From Octopus sinensis (taxonomy: Eukaryota), in the NCBI RefSeq assembly GCF_006345805.1, contig NC_042997.1, positions 10,354,001 through 10,418,000 on the forward strand: a DNA stretch of 64,000 bases, written 5' to 3'. The translations under genes and the position numbers were made by a program. This document shows, one piece after another, positions 13,256-26,581 of this stretch. Positions within the stretch are counted from its first letter, which is position 1, and each line of letters opens with the position of its first letter. The notes beneath the pieces are model-generated. The model did no database searches. It had not been told where the DNA came from and saw only the letters and a program-made list of their open reading frames with translations.

Positions 13256-13810
13256 CTACACTACAGCTAACACACAAGCTGTTGGAGCAAGATACACTTC
13301 TTCATTTACTATGTTGCCTTCATTCTGAAACTTTCTGAGAAAATAACCAAGCATTTTGCGTGCGCTGATAAGTAGAAACCGTTTCATCTTTTTTATTGCA
13401 CAATTGCTGTGCAGCTTCCCTGGATATGCTTTCTTGGTCACAGTGGTCCAGAAATACCTTCCGAAGAGCTTCTTCCGGCTTCTTATGATGCAAGCAATTT
13501 ACGTATGCAAATTGATAGATGCAATTTGACTTTTGGTCATTAGTAATGCTGTGGAAAAAACAATTATTAAGATACTCCGCAATCCAGGAGTATATTCATG
13601 CTAAGTCTTTGCGTATGTATGCCTTTTCTTTATATTTATTAGTATTCCTTCTTGGAGGACGCTGGTTTCTAACGAAGAAACAAAATTTCATTGGCACTTA
13701 GATGATTGATAATTGTCAACAAAAGAAAGTCTTGCATGATTTTATTGTTTCCCTTACAAAGTGTATCTCTAAAATTCGTATGAACAGGTGTTTTTGCTTG
13801 AAAATCCCTG
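13256..13810 (-). pseudogene. IFIT-like tetratricopeptide-repeat gene relic (spliced, disrupted)
   Basis: GT-AG intron at 13757-13669. The exon from 13668 reads ..AYIRKDLA*IYSWIAEYLNNCFFHSITNDQKSNCIYQFAYVNCLHHKKPEEALRKVF..AAQQLCNKK, then shifts frame in an A-run to MKRFLLISARKMLGYFLRKFQNE. This is colinear, by eye, with IFIT5 C-terminal TPRs. Confidence 0.55.
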
Positions 13811-14269
13811 CGTGCTAACCTTTCTGCCAGCTCGCCGCTTTAGTGGGGATAAATATTATCTTATATGTGCAAGTATACTTGCATACATTTGTCTATGTCT
13901 ATGTGTATGTCAGTGCATGACTTTTGATTGCCAATGACTCTGATAATTAAATTACTCCATAGCTTCTCTGTTTTCTTTAAACCAGACTATTTCAGTTGCA
14001 AAGAGACATTGCTAGCAAGTCTGAGAAACCATAATATTGTTTTAATTTACTTTGCTTTTTTTTTTCGTCTCATTCATCGTTTTTCATCGTTTTTCAGTTT
14101 GTTTGCTTTTTTCTATTGATTTAATTTATTAAAATTTTGGTTATTGTTTAATTTCTTTGTATTTTTCTTATATTTATTTTCTTTGTCAATACCTCTATCA
14201 TGACAATGGGATATTTCACTGTTCTTGCGGCTGTTACTGTTTCTTTTTTGTTTTTGCAATTGTTGCTCT

Positions 14270-15113
14270 TCTTCATCTCATCATCATCATCACCATCATT
14301 CACTTCGTCTTCTCCACTTCCTACACCTCTTGTTAATGTTGTGTATTTTATTGTTGTTGTTGTTGCTGCTGCTGTTGCTTCTGTCGTAGTTGTTGCAGTT
14401 TTTTATAAATTTGTAAGTCGTGTTTCTTTGATGCTTGTTTTCTGGTTGTCTTTGCTACAGGTAGTTCTGGCTGCTTCAGCTATTGCTTTTATTTTTATCA
14501 TTCTGCTGTTGCTGTTGTTGTTGTTCTTAATGATGGTGATGATGATCATCATGATCTTGACAACGACGACGATGATGACAATGATGACGATAAGGCAGCG
14601 ATGACGATGACACAAGGGCGGTGACGACAACATCAACAACGACGTCGATGACATTGGCTATGAAGAAGACGATAACTCTGATAATGGTGGTGATAGTGCT
14701 GTATTTGTTGCTGGTGTTTCTATTAGTGTTGTTGATATTGTTGTTCTTATCTTTATGCTGTTTTCACCGTTGTATTGTTGTTGTTGTTGTTGTTGTTGTT
14801 AGTGGTGGTGGTGGTGGCACTGATGGTGATGATATTGGTAGTGGTAATGTTTGTGCTAGCGGCAGCAACATTATAACTGCTGTTGATGCAACTGATAATG
14901 ATAATGCAAATGACGATGGTGATGATGATGATGATGATGATGATGATGACGCTGATGATGATAACGATGATGATGATGACGATGATAAAGACGATGAGGA
15001 TGTTACTACAGTCATTGTTGAAGTGTAGTTTAGCTAGTTCACTTAGGAACCATGTTTTATTGTTGCTCATGTTATTCTTGCCAAAATAGCTGGCATAATT
15101 ATTAAGACAAAAC

Positions 15114-15173
<60 letters not shown>

Positions 15174-15344
15174 CAGCAGCAGCAGTAGCAATAGTAGTAG
15201 TATCATCACCACCACTACTAGTAATACTACTACAATTGGTGCTGCTACTACTACTACTACTACTAGTACTACTACTTCTATTACTACTACTACTTCTATT
15301 GCTGCTGCTACTTCTATTGCTACTACTACTACTACTAGTACTGT

Positions 15345-15417
<73 letters not shown>

Positions 15418-15430
15418 GTTGTTGGATTTG
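14270..15430. repeat. compound trinucleotide microsatellite field (GTT, GAT, GGT, TAG, CTA)
   Basis: Directly visible. Source of the poly-L/D/S/M ORFs. Confidence 0.95.
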
Positions 15431-16150
15431 TTAAAATCGCTGATGCTGTTCGTTGGTTTTTTTCCTTCTTTTCAGTGTCTCTTAGTATCGTTCCTTGTTA
15501 GTATAGTTGTGAATATTCTTTGCTATTGTCTTATTTATTCCTTTCGTTTTCTTTTTTTTTCATTTGATTCTTACTTTATTGCTTTTATTATTATTTGTTA
15601 TTGTTGTTATTACTACTTTGTCTGTTGTATCATTTCTTTTTTTTTTCTCTTTTTTGTTTGTTCTATATCTATTTTTATAAAGAAGAATAAATCTGATTTG
15701 TTACTACTGTTCCACATATTGTCTTTGCTGTTGTAGAAGCTTTCCTCTTTTTTTATTTATTTTATTCTACTATGTTAGTATTTTATTTTCATTTTCATTG
15801 CTATTATTATATTGTCTGCATCACTACAAGAGAAGTGACAGGTTCGGTCGTTATGGCAATACAATAAACTACAGTATTGAATGATTTTGCTCTCAACTTA
15901 TACATTCGCAGACTGCGCAGCAAACAAAGCATACAATTTGCAAAAAGTGAAATCTCGAAACTTTTATAAGGTTAAACGTGTGGTGGTGATGTGTGTGTGT
16001 GTGTGTTTACAAGATGTTACAAGTATAATCCAGAAATGTTTATGAAGGATGTTTAAGTACGTTCAGGAAAGATGAGAAATTTCTTAAGAGGAACACTATG
16101 TTTAGAAGTTTGACAAAATACATATGTACTCATGTCTACGCAAATATATA

Positions 16151-16187
<37 letters not shown>

Positions 16188-16207
16188 GCATGTATATATA
16201 TACATAC

Positions 16208-16246
<39 letters not shown>

Positions 16247-16265
16247 GATATATATATATATGTAT

Positions 16266-16307
<42 letters not shown>

Positions 16308-16310
<3 letters not shown>

Positions 16311-16540
16311 GCGCAATGGCCTAGTGGTTAGGGCAGCGGACTCGCGGTCGCAGGATCGCGGTTTCGATTCTCAGACTGGGCGTTGTGTGTGTTTATTGAG
16401 CGAAAACACCTAAAAAAGCTCTACGAGGCTCCGGCAGGGGGTGGTGATCCCTGCTGTACTCATTCACCACAATGGCGGTGCCCCAGCATGGCCACAGCTC
16501 CAGAGCTGAAACTGGAAAAACAAAAACAAAAACAAACAAA
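16308..16540 (+). mobile_element. SINE family A with a family C-type tail
   Basis: Head as at 1259. Tail GGCGGTGCCCCAGCATGGCC matches the tail of the 33330 SINE. Confidence 0.85.
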
Positions 16541-16743
16541 TATATATATATATATGAGTGTGTGTGCGTGTGTATCTGCATGTGTGTACGTATGTATCAG
16601 CGTGTGTGTGTGCTTCGGTAGATACATAGATAAATAGATACACACACATACGGATTGGATAGATGCATGGAGATAGAGAGAGTCATAAAGAAGTAAAGAG
16701 AGTGAAACAGTCAGAAAGACAGAAAGAAAGAAAGATAGATAGT

Positions 16744-16829
<86 letters not shown>

Positions 16830-17319
16830 CATGTATCTTATTTTCTTTATACAATTATTCAATCATTGAATCAATAAAACTGCTGGATATCCGAAAATGT
16901 TCATGTGTACATATATGTTGAGTTACTTTACAAATTTTACAGTTGATATTACGAAATATTTCATTCTATTGCTTTTCTTGTTTTGGTCGTTTTCATTGAA
17001 TTGTTTGACTTTGGTTTGTTTTGTCTACGAACTCTACGAACCTTTATGCAACCATGTGTTATTTTCCACATGACCACAACCTGAATAGCAGTTTCCTCCT
17101 TGACACATTATGAAAAAGAAGAATAACACTCACTTACTCGAGTACAAATACTACATCAAAGATTTGCCAACTTAACGTTATACATAGCACGTGTATCTTT
17201 CTCTGTTATATGATCTATTGTAGCGTAAAGGGGGCATGGATGTGTTGATGCCATTTTATATATGGTAGAGAGGAAGATGTAAGAGTAAGAAAACTATAGG
17301 ACGTATATAAATATATATA

Positions 17320-17610
17320 CCGGGCCATCAGATGTTGCTACACATCGCTTGTCACAATGCGCTTCGCATTGCATTGTTTTAGTCTTCAATGAGGCCACCC
17401 CGCTGGCTAAGCGAGCAGGCCACCAGAAGAAAGAGTGAGAGAAAGTTTTGGTGAAAGGGTACAGCAAGGACCACCACCAACCCCTGCCGGATCCACTTTG
17501 AGCTTTAGGTGTTTTCGCTCAATAAACACTCACGACACCTAGTCTGGGAATCGAAACTGCGATCCTACGACCGCGAGTCCGCTGCCCTAACCATTGGGCC
17601 ATTGTGCATC
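17320..17610 (-). mobile_element. SINE family A (third tail type)
   Basis: Reverse complement of the family A head. Part of the tail is shared with the 24520 copy. Confidence 0.85.
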
Positions 17611-17614
17611 CACA

Positions 17615-17652
<38 letters not shown>

Positions 17653-17687
17653 ACGCACACACATATATATATAAATATAAATATATA

Positions 17688-17733
<46 letters not shown>

Positions 17734-17734
17734 G

Positions 17735-18127
17735 TTGTGGCGGACTAGCCAAGTTGCCAGCTTACCCGATGGCAAGTGGGACCCTGCGCCTTTAGAATCC
17801 ACATATGGGGGCCCATGTTAATATCTAAGGGGCCCATGCCATGAAGTTTGAGAATTTTTTCTTCACTCCTGGAACATTGCCTAGCTGTGTGTGTAGAGAA
17901 TTGAAAAGAATACTTTTAACAAAACAAAAAAAAAATGAACAGCAAACAAGATGATGACAGTGTTAACAACAAGCAAGATGAGGACATGTATCAACAACAA
18001 ACAAAAATAGGACAAATATCCGTCAAATGTAAATAATGTAAATAATGTAAATAAGATAGCATTGTAGATGCGGGTAGGCCTCCTTAGTCTCCTGGCAACC
18101 AATATTTTTAGACCCAGTCCGCCACAA
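17735..18127. mobile_element. hAT-like MITE
   Basis: Perfect 12-bp TIRs TTGTGGCGGACT (17735) / AGTCCGCCACAA (18116-18127). No clear TSD. Confidence 0.55.
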
Positions 18128-18391
18128 GGCACAAGCATGTATATACCTATGAGTATGTATTTGTGTGTGTTCGTGTGTATGTGTGTGTGTGTGCGTGTGT
18201 GCATTTATGCGAGAGTGTGTGCATGTGTGTTTATGTGCGCATATGTATATGTGAACCACCCAGCTTGTGGCAAAACTCATTATAGACTGTCAGCTTTTCA
18301 AATAATAATGACACACAGACAAATAGGTAGACACGGTTCACATATTTGGTTAGTTCTTATAACATATTTTAATAACCATAGTTTGTCAGTG

Positions 18392-18774
18392 TGGAGGCGC
18401 AATGGCCCAGTGGTTAGGGCAGTTGACTCGCGGTCATAGGATCGCGGTTTCGATTCCCAGACCGGGCGTTGTGAGTGTTTATTGAGCGAAAACACCAAAA
18501 GCTCCACGAGGCTCCGGCAGGGGATGGTGGTGATTCCTGCTGTACTCTTTCACCACAAGTCTCTCTCACTCTTACTTCCTGTTTCTGTTGTACCTGTATT
18601 TCAAAGGGCCGGCCTTGTCACTCTCTGTGTCACGCTGAATATCCCCGAGAACTACGTTAAGGGTGCACGTGTCTGTGGAGTGCTCAGCCACTTGCACGTT
18701 CATTTCACGAGCAGGCTGTTCCGTTGATTCGGACCAACCGGAACCCTCGTCGTCGTAACCGACGGAGTGCTTCC
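18392..18774 (+). mobile_element. full-length SINE family A with TSD
   Basis: A/B boxes. 12-bp TSD AGTTTGTCAGTG (18380) / AGTTTGTTAGTG (18775). Confidence 0.9.
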
Positions 18775-19229
18775 AGTTTGTTAGTGACATGTGGTAAATG
18801 TGGACTTGTAAATGAGCCGAAAGTTGCATACATCTATTTGCTTATACTTCTTTATATATACCACCTGTGTTAAATATTTAATTTTGCGTAAAGGACAGGT
18901 TTAAATTAATTATTTGAGCTAGTTATTTTACTTATTTTTTATTCTAATTCATAGTGCTACCCAAGCACTTACGATTTGCAATATATTGGTATTTCATAGG
19001 ATATTGAGCTTAAAGTAAAGCACTATTTCAAAAACATATTGGAAAATGTAGAAAAGATAGTTAAGTAAGAATTCATGGCAAAGTTCGGATTATTACAGAA
19101 CTGTGATTAGAATAGATACAAACTCATTCAGACAGAGTGTTCAGAGGAAAGAAAAATGAGAAATTTCAGATATTTCTTTATCTGATGACACGTTATTATA
19201 AACGATGTTTAGGAAATATTCGACAAGTG

Positions 19230-19570
19230 TGTGGTTCGGATTCTTGCTTCGTAGTCACGCAGATCCATTTCCTTTCGGCATTTGGCTTGTATGATAGACC
19301 CGGATTGACGAAGGGTTGTGAATGAAATTGGGTAGATTGAAAATATACTGTTCTGAGATGGCACACCTCATCCCTCGCCTAATTTAAAACTATTTCGTAG
19401 ATATCTTTAGTGGGATAAACTCTGTTGCAAGCATTGGGATCACATCTTCGGTCTGAAGATAATCGGATATCTCCATGCGCTGCTTCATGCTGTAGCCACC
19501 CTTGAATCGTGATTCCTCTCATCCTTTCTCCTTTAAATTTTGGGGGCTCTGAGATTGCCAGGGGTATTTT
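19230..19570 (-). mobile_element. possible retrotransposon gag remnant
   Basis: Frameshifted peptide PPKFKGE..TIQGWL../MKQRMEIS../LRDYEARI resembles gag capsid motifs. Confidence 0.3.
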
Positions 19571-19784
19571 CTTTTCTCTTACAAATAACGCATAAATATA
19601 TCTAGAATAAATCTCATCTTACTGAAGTCTCTGCCTTTCTAGACAACAATTCATGTGTGTGTGTGTGTGTGTGCATATATATATATATATATATACATGC
19701 ACACACGCACATACACACACACATACACACACACGCACACACACACACAAACACATACAAACACACTCACAGATGCGCAGCCCT

Positions 19785-19928
19785 GGCTGTGTACTAAAAC
19801 GTTTTTTCCCCCAACCACATGGTTCTGCATTTAGTCCCTGTACGTGGTACCTTGAGAAGGTGTCTTTTACTAATTCCACAGGTCGTCCAAATCCATATGA
19901 CGGGATTTGCTATTTGGAAACTGAAAGA

Positions 19929-19971
<43 letters not shown>

Positions 19972-19993
19972 CATACATACATACATACATACA

Positions 19994-20024
<31 letters not shown>

Positions 20025-20140
20025 GAACGTGTGTATCTCTGTTTTTTCTCCGGCTCTTGTTTCACAACCGGCGCCGGTGTGTTCACATACACCTAACTTA
20101 GCGGTTCGGCATAAAGGATGGATAGAATAAGTACCAGGTT
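19785..20140 (+). mobile_element. SINE family C (CORE-like), diverged, with internal (GATA)n(CATA)n
   Basis: Similar to the 33330 copy on both sides of the microsatellite. Confidence 0.75.
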
Positions 20141-20171
20141 CTCTGTATGTCTGTGTGTCTGTCTGTCTCTT

Positions 20172-20318
<147 letters not shown>

Positions 20319-20379
20319 TGTATATTATATCCTAGAGTTTGGATATAGGCTACACTATAACAGTGTTATAAAACACGTA

Positions 20380-20875
20380 ACAACTTAGATCTCTTTTCAA
20401 CGGCTTCTACGATTGCCTTCACAAATGCGAATTTACTTAATTCCTCGGGAAGAAATTGGAATATATTTTTCGTTTTGGCTCTACTTGCAAAAGTTCTGTT
20501 TGTTTTCTTTTCTTAGTCGATGTACTAGTAAGTTCGACTATTCCTCGAGGTAATAGGACGCAAAAATTTCCTCCGGACATGGTTATGGGTAATTGTATGT
20601 CATCAAACATTCGTTCGAGCCTGTTGTAAAGTCAGCGCATACTCGCATTTTGTTATTTTTTTTTCTTTACATAAACAGTTGGTGATGCCCATTCTGAATA
20701 ATCAATTTCTTCTATAACGCCAAGCTTTTCAATTCTATCCAATTCCTTGTTGACTTGATTCAACGCTGCGAATGGTACAGCTCGCTTCAGTTTAAATACC
20801 GGTACAGCGTTTTCTTTCACTTGAAATTTTACTTTTGGGTTGGTGCACCGACCTAATTCTTCGGAAAAAACATTA
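20380..20875 (-). mobile_element. Ty3/Gypsy pol remnant (RT N-terminus fused to pol C-terminus)
   Basis: VFSEELGRCT..PVFKLKRAVPFAALNQVNKELDRIEKLGVIEEIDYSEWASPTVYVKKK..RVCADF, followed by RKRKQTELLQVEPKRK. Confidence 0.85.
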
Positions 20876-21129
20876 GGAAAAATCTTTTTTATTTTTTTTT
20901 TAAATCCTCCGACGCCTTATTTGTTTTGCTGACACAAGACGTTCAAAGACGGTACACAGGAGGTGATAGATTATGAGAGATGCGTGAGGGAGAGGAGCCT
21001 TAGAACCTCAGAGATGGTTTGCAGTTTTCTGGGTGAAGACTATTGTGTGTGTATAAAGACTATAAACATACAACTATACACATAATTATTTGAACAACTG
21101 CAAAATTTGTCTCCAGAGTGCTCAGTAAC

Positions 21130-21464
21130 GAGTATCCTGGAAACAAAGTACTTGACAGAGATGAGCATCAAAACTGTCCCTCACCCTCCCTACAATCCAT
21201 ACCTTACTTCCTGTGACTTTTGGTTGTTCCACAAACTGAAAGGGAACCTCAGGTTCAGTCGTTTTGAAGATTCAGGAGTATGTAACAAGGGTCCCTGACG
21301 CTTTCATTTTAGAGGACTTCCGTGGGGCCTCCATGAAGTGGCTGGAGTGTTAAAACAAGTGCATTAAAGTCAAATGAACCTACTTTGAAGATTAGAATTC
21401 TGTACTTCTTTGAAATTAATAAATGTCTATCCTGAAAATGTCTCAAACCTTCTGGAATGCACCT

Positions 21465-21468
<4 letters not shown>
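21130..21468 (+). mobile_element. mariner (DD34D) transposase 3' remnant and right end
   Basis: VPHPPYNPYLTSCDFWLFHKLKGNL is the degenerate HPPYSPDLAPCDF motif. Confidence 0.85.
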
Positions 21469-21549
<81 letters not shown>

Positions 21550-21798
21550 GTGTATGTAATATTTACTTCTTTGCAGTAACTAATTAGTTTCATCAGACTA
21601 TTGGCTTCTCATTCAGACCCATTCTGATATGTATCACGAAACATTAATTGGATTGTGAGGTCCGGTGTTCAATTTCGATTTTCATATCATTAATAGAATA
21701 TAAGATAACTCTTCTCATTATTGTTCACAGTTCTATCGCTTCTAACATTCTCATACCTATCCACAATAACTAGATAAACAGAAAAGGAAAAAACTTAC

Positions 21799-22360
21799 AT
21801 TTACTGTAAACATATATTTATCTGCTTTGACAGTATTGTATGTTTGTTTTCTACAAAGTATTTTGTATGAGGACTAGAGTTAAGAAAATTAAAATACAGT
21901 TTAAAATACAAGCCACGAAAACGGAAAGAAATACTACAAAACTAACATTTCATGATAAGTAAACTTACTTAATCTTGTCTGTCAAAGTTTTACACAGTGT
22001 TCTGAGAAAAGAAAATTTTGTGAAGTGTTGAATCTACGAAGTAGCCGTCATGAGCTTTTACGGGAATTTTTTCACACATGTTTACAGATACCATATTATT
22101 CAAATTTAGTTGCAGATTTTAAGTACTCATAGTATATATGAATTAAACCGACCGTTTTTATCATCACTTTTACTAAGTAAGCCATTATGGAAAGAAAATT
22201 AATCATATCCTCTGAAATCGGTGGAGGCGTGATAGGTTTTTGGTGAAGTAAGGCAAAAAGTTTGTATATGATATTATAAGCGTTATATATATTTACCTTT
22301 ATAAATATATTTGGTAATATTCCATTTTCCTTCTCTAAAACTTTCAATTTTCACATCCAT
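21799..22360 (-). CDS. candidate small four-exon gene or pseudogene (86 aa as spliced; possible calycin/FABP-like start)
   Basis: Exons 22360-22297, 22211-22153, 22033-21969 and 21873-21799 are separated by GT-AG introns of 85, 119 and 95 nt with compatible phases. Protein begins MDVKIESFREGKWNITKYIYKEDMINFL. Confidence 0.35.
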
Positions 22361-23559
22361 TTTAAGAATCGTTATATTTGAGTTAGCAATCGTTTTTAAA
22401 GGGATTCACTTCGCTACTCGGTAATTCATGTTTTGTCCCTGGAACGTTGTATAAATATGGATGCAAGCAAGAAATTAGCGTTAAAATGTTAAAATCCTAC
22501 ATCGAATCGTTTTTGCTAAGTAATTTCAATCATCCACTTAGACTGACTCAAGCTTATAAGGTGAGTGAAATTGGTTATACGGAAATTATACTAGCTTCTT
22601 AGCGGACTTTATTATTTGAAGGCCCGGTTTTCTTACGTATTGTGTAATACTTTATCTATTTGAAGATAATCTTAAGTGCATTTATATACAGAATAGTCCA
22701 CCATTTATGCTCTACAACAAAGAGTAAATAGTTCCGTTGACTAAACATCTAGAACACATCATAGAATATAACAGGTCTTGAGTCAAAAATCAACGCATGG
22801 TCTATTATATTCTTTGATTATGGCAAATACATTTTAAAAACCTCCTCTTGGCTCTGTCTAAAATCTTGTATATAGGCATAAAGTGTATATACATGTTATA
22901 TTTATAAGAAAAATCTATGCTCGATAGGTACCAAGAGTTTATTAACTCGGAGTAATAATTTCAGTTCTTTCTGCAGTCAATATATACAATAGATTGATAT
23001 TCCTATATGCGAAGATTCTAAATCGCTTGCCGATCGGCTACCTTCTATTATTGAGAACGGAACTACTCTGTCGTGCATCATCTCAAGATTTCTTCCTGAA
23101 TTATTCCGTTTAAATTACGTCCAATCGACATCCAGCTGACACATCGCCACCAGAAATATTTGAAATAAATATTATAGGATCGATAAAATGAACAAGAGTA
23201 ATAATCGAGGTGAAATTTATTATTGGAAAATGACCTGGTGTCCCCGAATTGTTTTTGTATAACGAGGTGATAATATTTGTGTGCTTTCTGAGTGCCATTT
23301 TGCTAACGAATTTCGAAGTAAATGCAATAGGACGGTATTTTCTAGTTATCTATGTGTTTATTTCTTATTTTATAAAGCGTGAGATAATTCTATTGTTTCA
23401 ACATAAGGTAAAGTGCTGCAAGGCTAAGAGAGTATTCCAAGGAAAGATAAATGAGCCATTGCTTGGCAAAACAGATGAAATGTCTGTAGAAAGAATAATA
23501 TTAGTTATGAAGAATTCGTCTCTCCACTAAATCGATATATTTCTGCCACATACATACAC

Positions 23560-23594
<35 letters not shown>

Positions 23595-23649
23595 TTTATA
23601 TATATATACACTCATACATACAGCACACACACATAGAGATGAATGTATG

Positions 23650-23683
<34 letters not shown>

Positions 23684-24519
23684 TGTATGTATGTATGGGA
23701 AATCATCATGGTATAGGTAACCGAAGATACTTTTGTTTTGGAAAGATTTATAGGGAAAAATACCATTAATTTCGCAAGATAGCATTACAGACGCTTTAGG
23801 GTAGACCACAATCTTCACACAATTCTAATTACTAAACCGTCTGCGCCCTTTCACACCACACAGATATGTGAATAAATGAACATTCGATCTTTTTTGTTTT
23901 TCATTCGGGGCCATTTCACATATATTCACAAGGGTCTCAAGAATGACCTAAACAACGCGACTTAAAATAACAATAATATATGGAAAGTGCAAAGTTCAGT
24001 TTTTCCGTTAACAAATGTTTAACTGGTAATAATAAAAAGGACATTAGAATGATTGACTAATGATATGAGTTCAGTATTTCTTATACTACACATACCTTTC
24101 TTTCTTTATAAATTATTGTTTCTTTATATTTAGATAAGCGAATTTGAAATCTAATGTACAGACATTGGTAGTTGTATATTTCTCATTACTTTCCAGTTCT
24201 GCAATCGTCTTTATTATTCACATTGGTATCGCGAAGAAATATCTATAAGATTATAGTTAAGGTGAGTCATTTACAACACGTTTCTCCTTAAATGAACTTG
24301 TGTCGAAGAAGTAAAAAGTATAGTTGAGTTGATATAAGATCGCATATTACAATGTTGAGTTTTTATCTACTAAAATATAAATTTCATAAAAGGGAACTTT
24401 AGGTCATTTAATAAAAATAGAAATATATAGCATCTCTTAATTGGTTAATGATTTTCAAATAGTTAGTTGTAGCTGATTAATGAAAAATAAAAATATATAT
24501 ATTGTTCTTTTGTTTTGTT

Positions 24520-24740
24520 TTAGCCTTCGAATGACGCAACCCCGCTGGCTAAGCGAGCAGGCCAACAGAAGAAAGAGTGGTGAAAGAGTACAGCAGGGAT
24601 CACCACCCCCTGCCGGAGCGTCGTGGAGCTTTTAGATGTTTTCGCTCAATAAACACTCACAACGCCCGGTCTGGGAATTGAAACCGCGATCCTGCGACCG
24701 CGAGTCCGCTGCCCAAACCACTGGGCCATTGCGCCTCCAC
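24520..24740 (-). mobile_element. SINE family A
   Basis: Reverse complement of the family A head and core. Confidence 0.85.
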
Positions 24741-24864
24741 ATATATATATATATAATGATTAACTGAAAGCATTTGTTCATCATTCGCAGAATATCAGTC
24801 AGAACATCAGTTGAGTTGTTATAACCGTGAAAGAGTCCAAAATGCATAATCGTTGCAAATTTTG

Positions 24865-25035
24865 TCACAAGGCCAACAATCTTAGGGGTGTGGTTAGTCG
24901 ATTATATCGTCCCCAATATTGAAACTTTGTTTTATCAACCCCAAAAGGCAAAACTAACCACGGTTGGATTTTTAACTCAGAATGTAAACAGCCGGAAGAA
25001 ATGACGTCAAACATTTTATGTCCACCGGCAGCCTT
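24865..25035 (-). mobile_element. SINE family B, diverged
   Basis: Reverse-complement similarity to family B. Confidence 0.6.
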
Positions 25036-26581
25036 CTTCTCAGAATAAATAATAAGATTTGTCATCAATATTGATATATTGTTGGCGACTGTATTGTATA
25101 ATTTATTGCATTGCGGTGTTTATCTTCTTTTTCTTTTTCCTTTTTTCAGGTCCTAGGACAAGTAGCCGATTTAGTTCAATACAAATAATGTTCCTTTTAA
25201 CTGCTAAGTTGTAGCTAAGCTATGATAAATTTTTTATTGACTTTTCGTTTTAGAAAAAGTCAAACTGTATGTTCTTTATCTCTTCAGGCAAAGAGAATGA
25301 ACATATTGTTCCGAATTTCTACTGAAATGGTTAAAATAGTGGGAAATAAATGGAGAAAAATAAAGTATTAAAATGTTAACTTAAAGAAAAAATTGTTAAT
25401 AATAAATGTTAATTTCTACAGCATTTTTCTCTTTAAAAGATAGAATTTAGAGAGAAATTTTTTTAAATGATTGAGCCAGACCAAATGTTATTTTGGAAAT
25501 TCTCGTTATTAAACAGAAAGTAGTTATTTCATTGATTCGTCATCAAACTTGTCAATGAAAAAAAAAAACGTTTTCTTACTTTGCAAATGTGTGTATCCTA
25601 CATGATTTATTAATTAGTTTTTCCTAATTAAAGACGATTCTTATCGTTTTAAATTCATTCTAATATCATAAATCAATATAAAGTGTATTAAGAGAAGGAA
25701 AATTATATTAAAAAGAAAGCCTCGGTGCTACAATAAGATTACAGTGAAGTTTCAAAAAAGTTTTCAGAATTTCAAATGAAGAGAAAAAGTACACTGCTGT
25801 CATCAGATAAATAAAACTAAGTGTACATAAATACTTTTTTAATTACTCTTTTACTACCCGATGAAACAAAATTATAAAGAAGTCAGACATAGGAGACTGA
25901 AGACAAATTGCATTACGATGACAAATTTATAAGGTAGGGAAAATGAAATTGCGGAAATTACAGATGTGCTTTTTTTTTTCTTTAGTTCGTTGATGCTAAC
26001 AAACATTATAAATTTCCCTGTTAACTTTGAGTGAACCTTTGTCTTAAATTGTGTCTCAAACAGTTCATTCTTTGAACATATAATTATTTTTTGGCTGGAA
26101 TCAAAACCAGAATATTTATTTATAATTGAATACTCAACAATATTTATCATTATGCCACGGTACAAAAGAGTGATTGTTATTTTATTTCGCCGATACTCTT
26201 TTACTTTTTAAGTTGTTTCAGTTATTGAAGTGAGGCCATATATTTTTATCTCATTAATGGATGTTATATTGTGTTAAATAAAATTACTGACTCTTTTCTT
26301 GGCACTATAATCTCTAATTTCTCCACTGAAGTTCCCAATTATATCTTTGCCTACCATTCGCTCTGTATATGCTGCTCTGGTTCTTAATTTGTTCATTCTC
26401 TTCTTCAATTTCGAACACATCTATAATGCCTTTTGCCAGCCAAACATATTAATTCAATACCAGTGACAGATAAAGCCAGAGGACAAAACCAAGCCAAAAA
26501 TGAGAGGGGAAGTATCAATGTATTGCGGCTGTAAATAAAGCGAAGAGACATTGACGTTTCACGTAATTTGTCCTTTGTCAA

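Noticed and set aside
13596-13598. A-to-I recoding of the in-frame UGA to Trp rescuing the IFIT-like gene
   Set aside because: Attractive in a cephalopod, but additional frameshifts and SINE truncation favour a pseudogene. Revisit only if raw reads remove the indels.
14200-15736. Membrane-protein-like and poly-Asp/Leu ORFs
   Set aside because: Trinucleotide repeats open in several frames on both strands, with no domain motifs.
16308-16380. tRNA-Arg gene
   Set aside because: No complete cloverleaf; it continues into SINE core and tail and is multi-copy.
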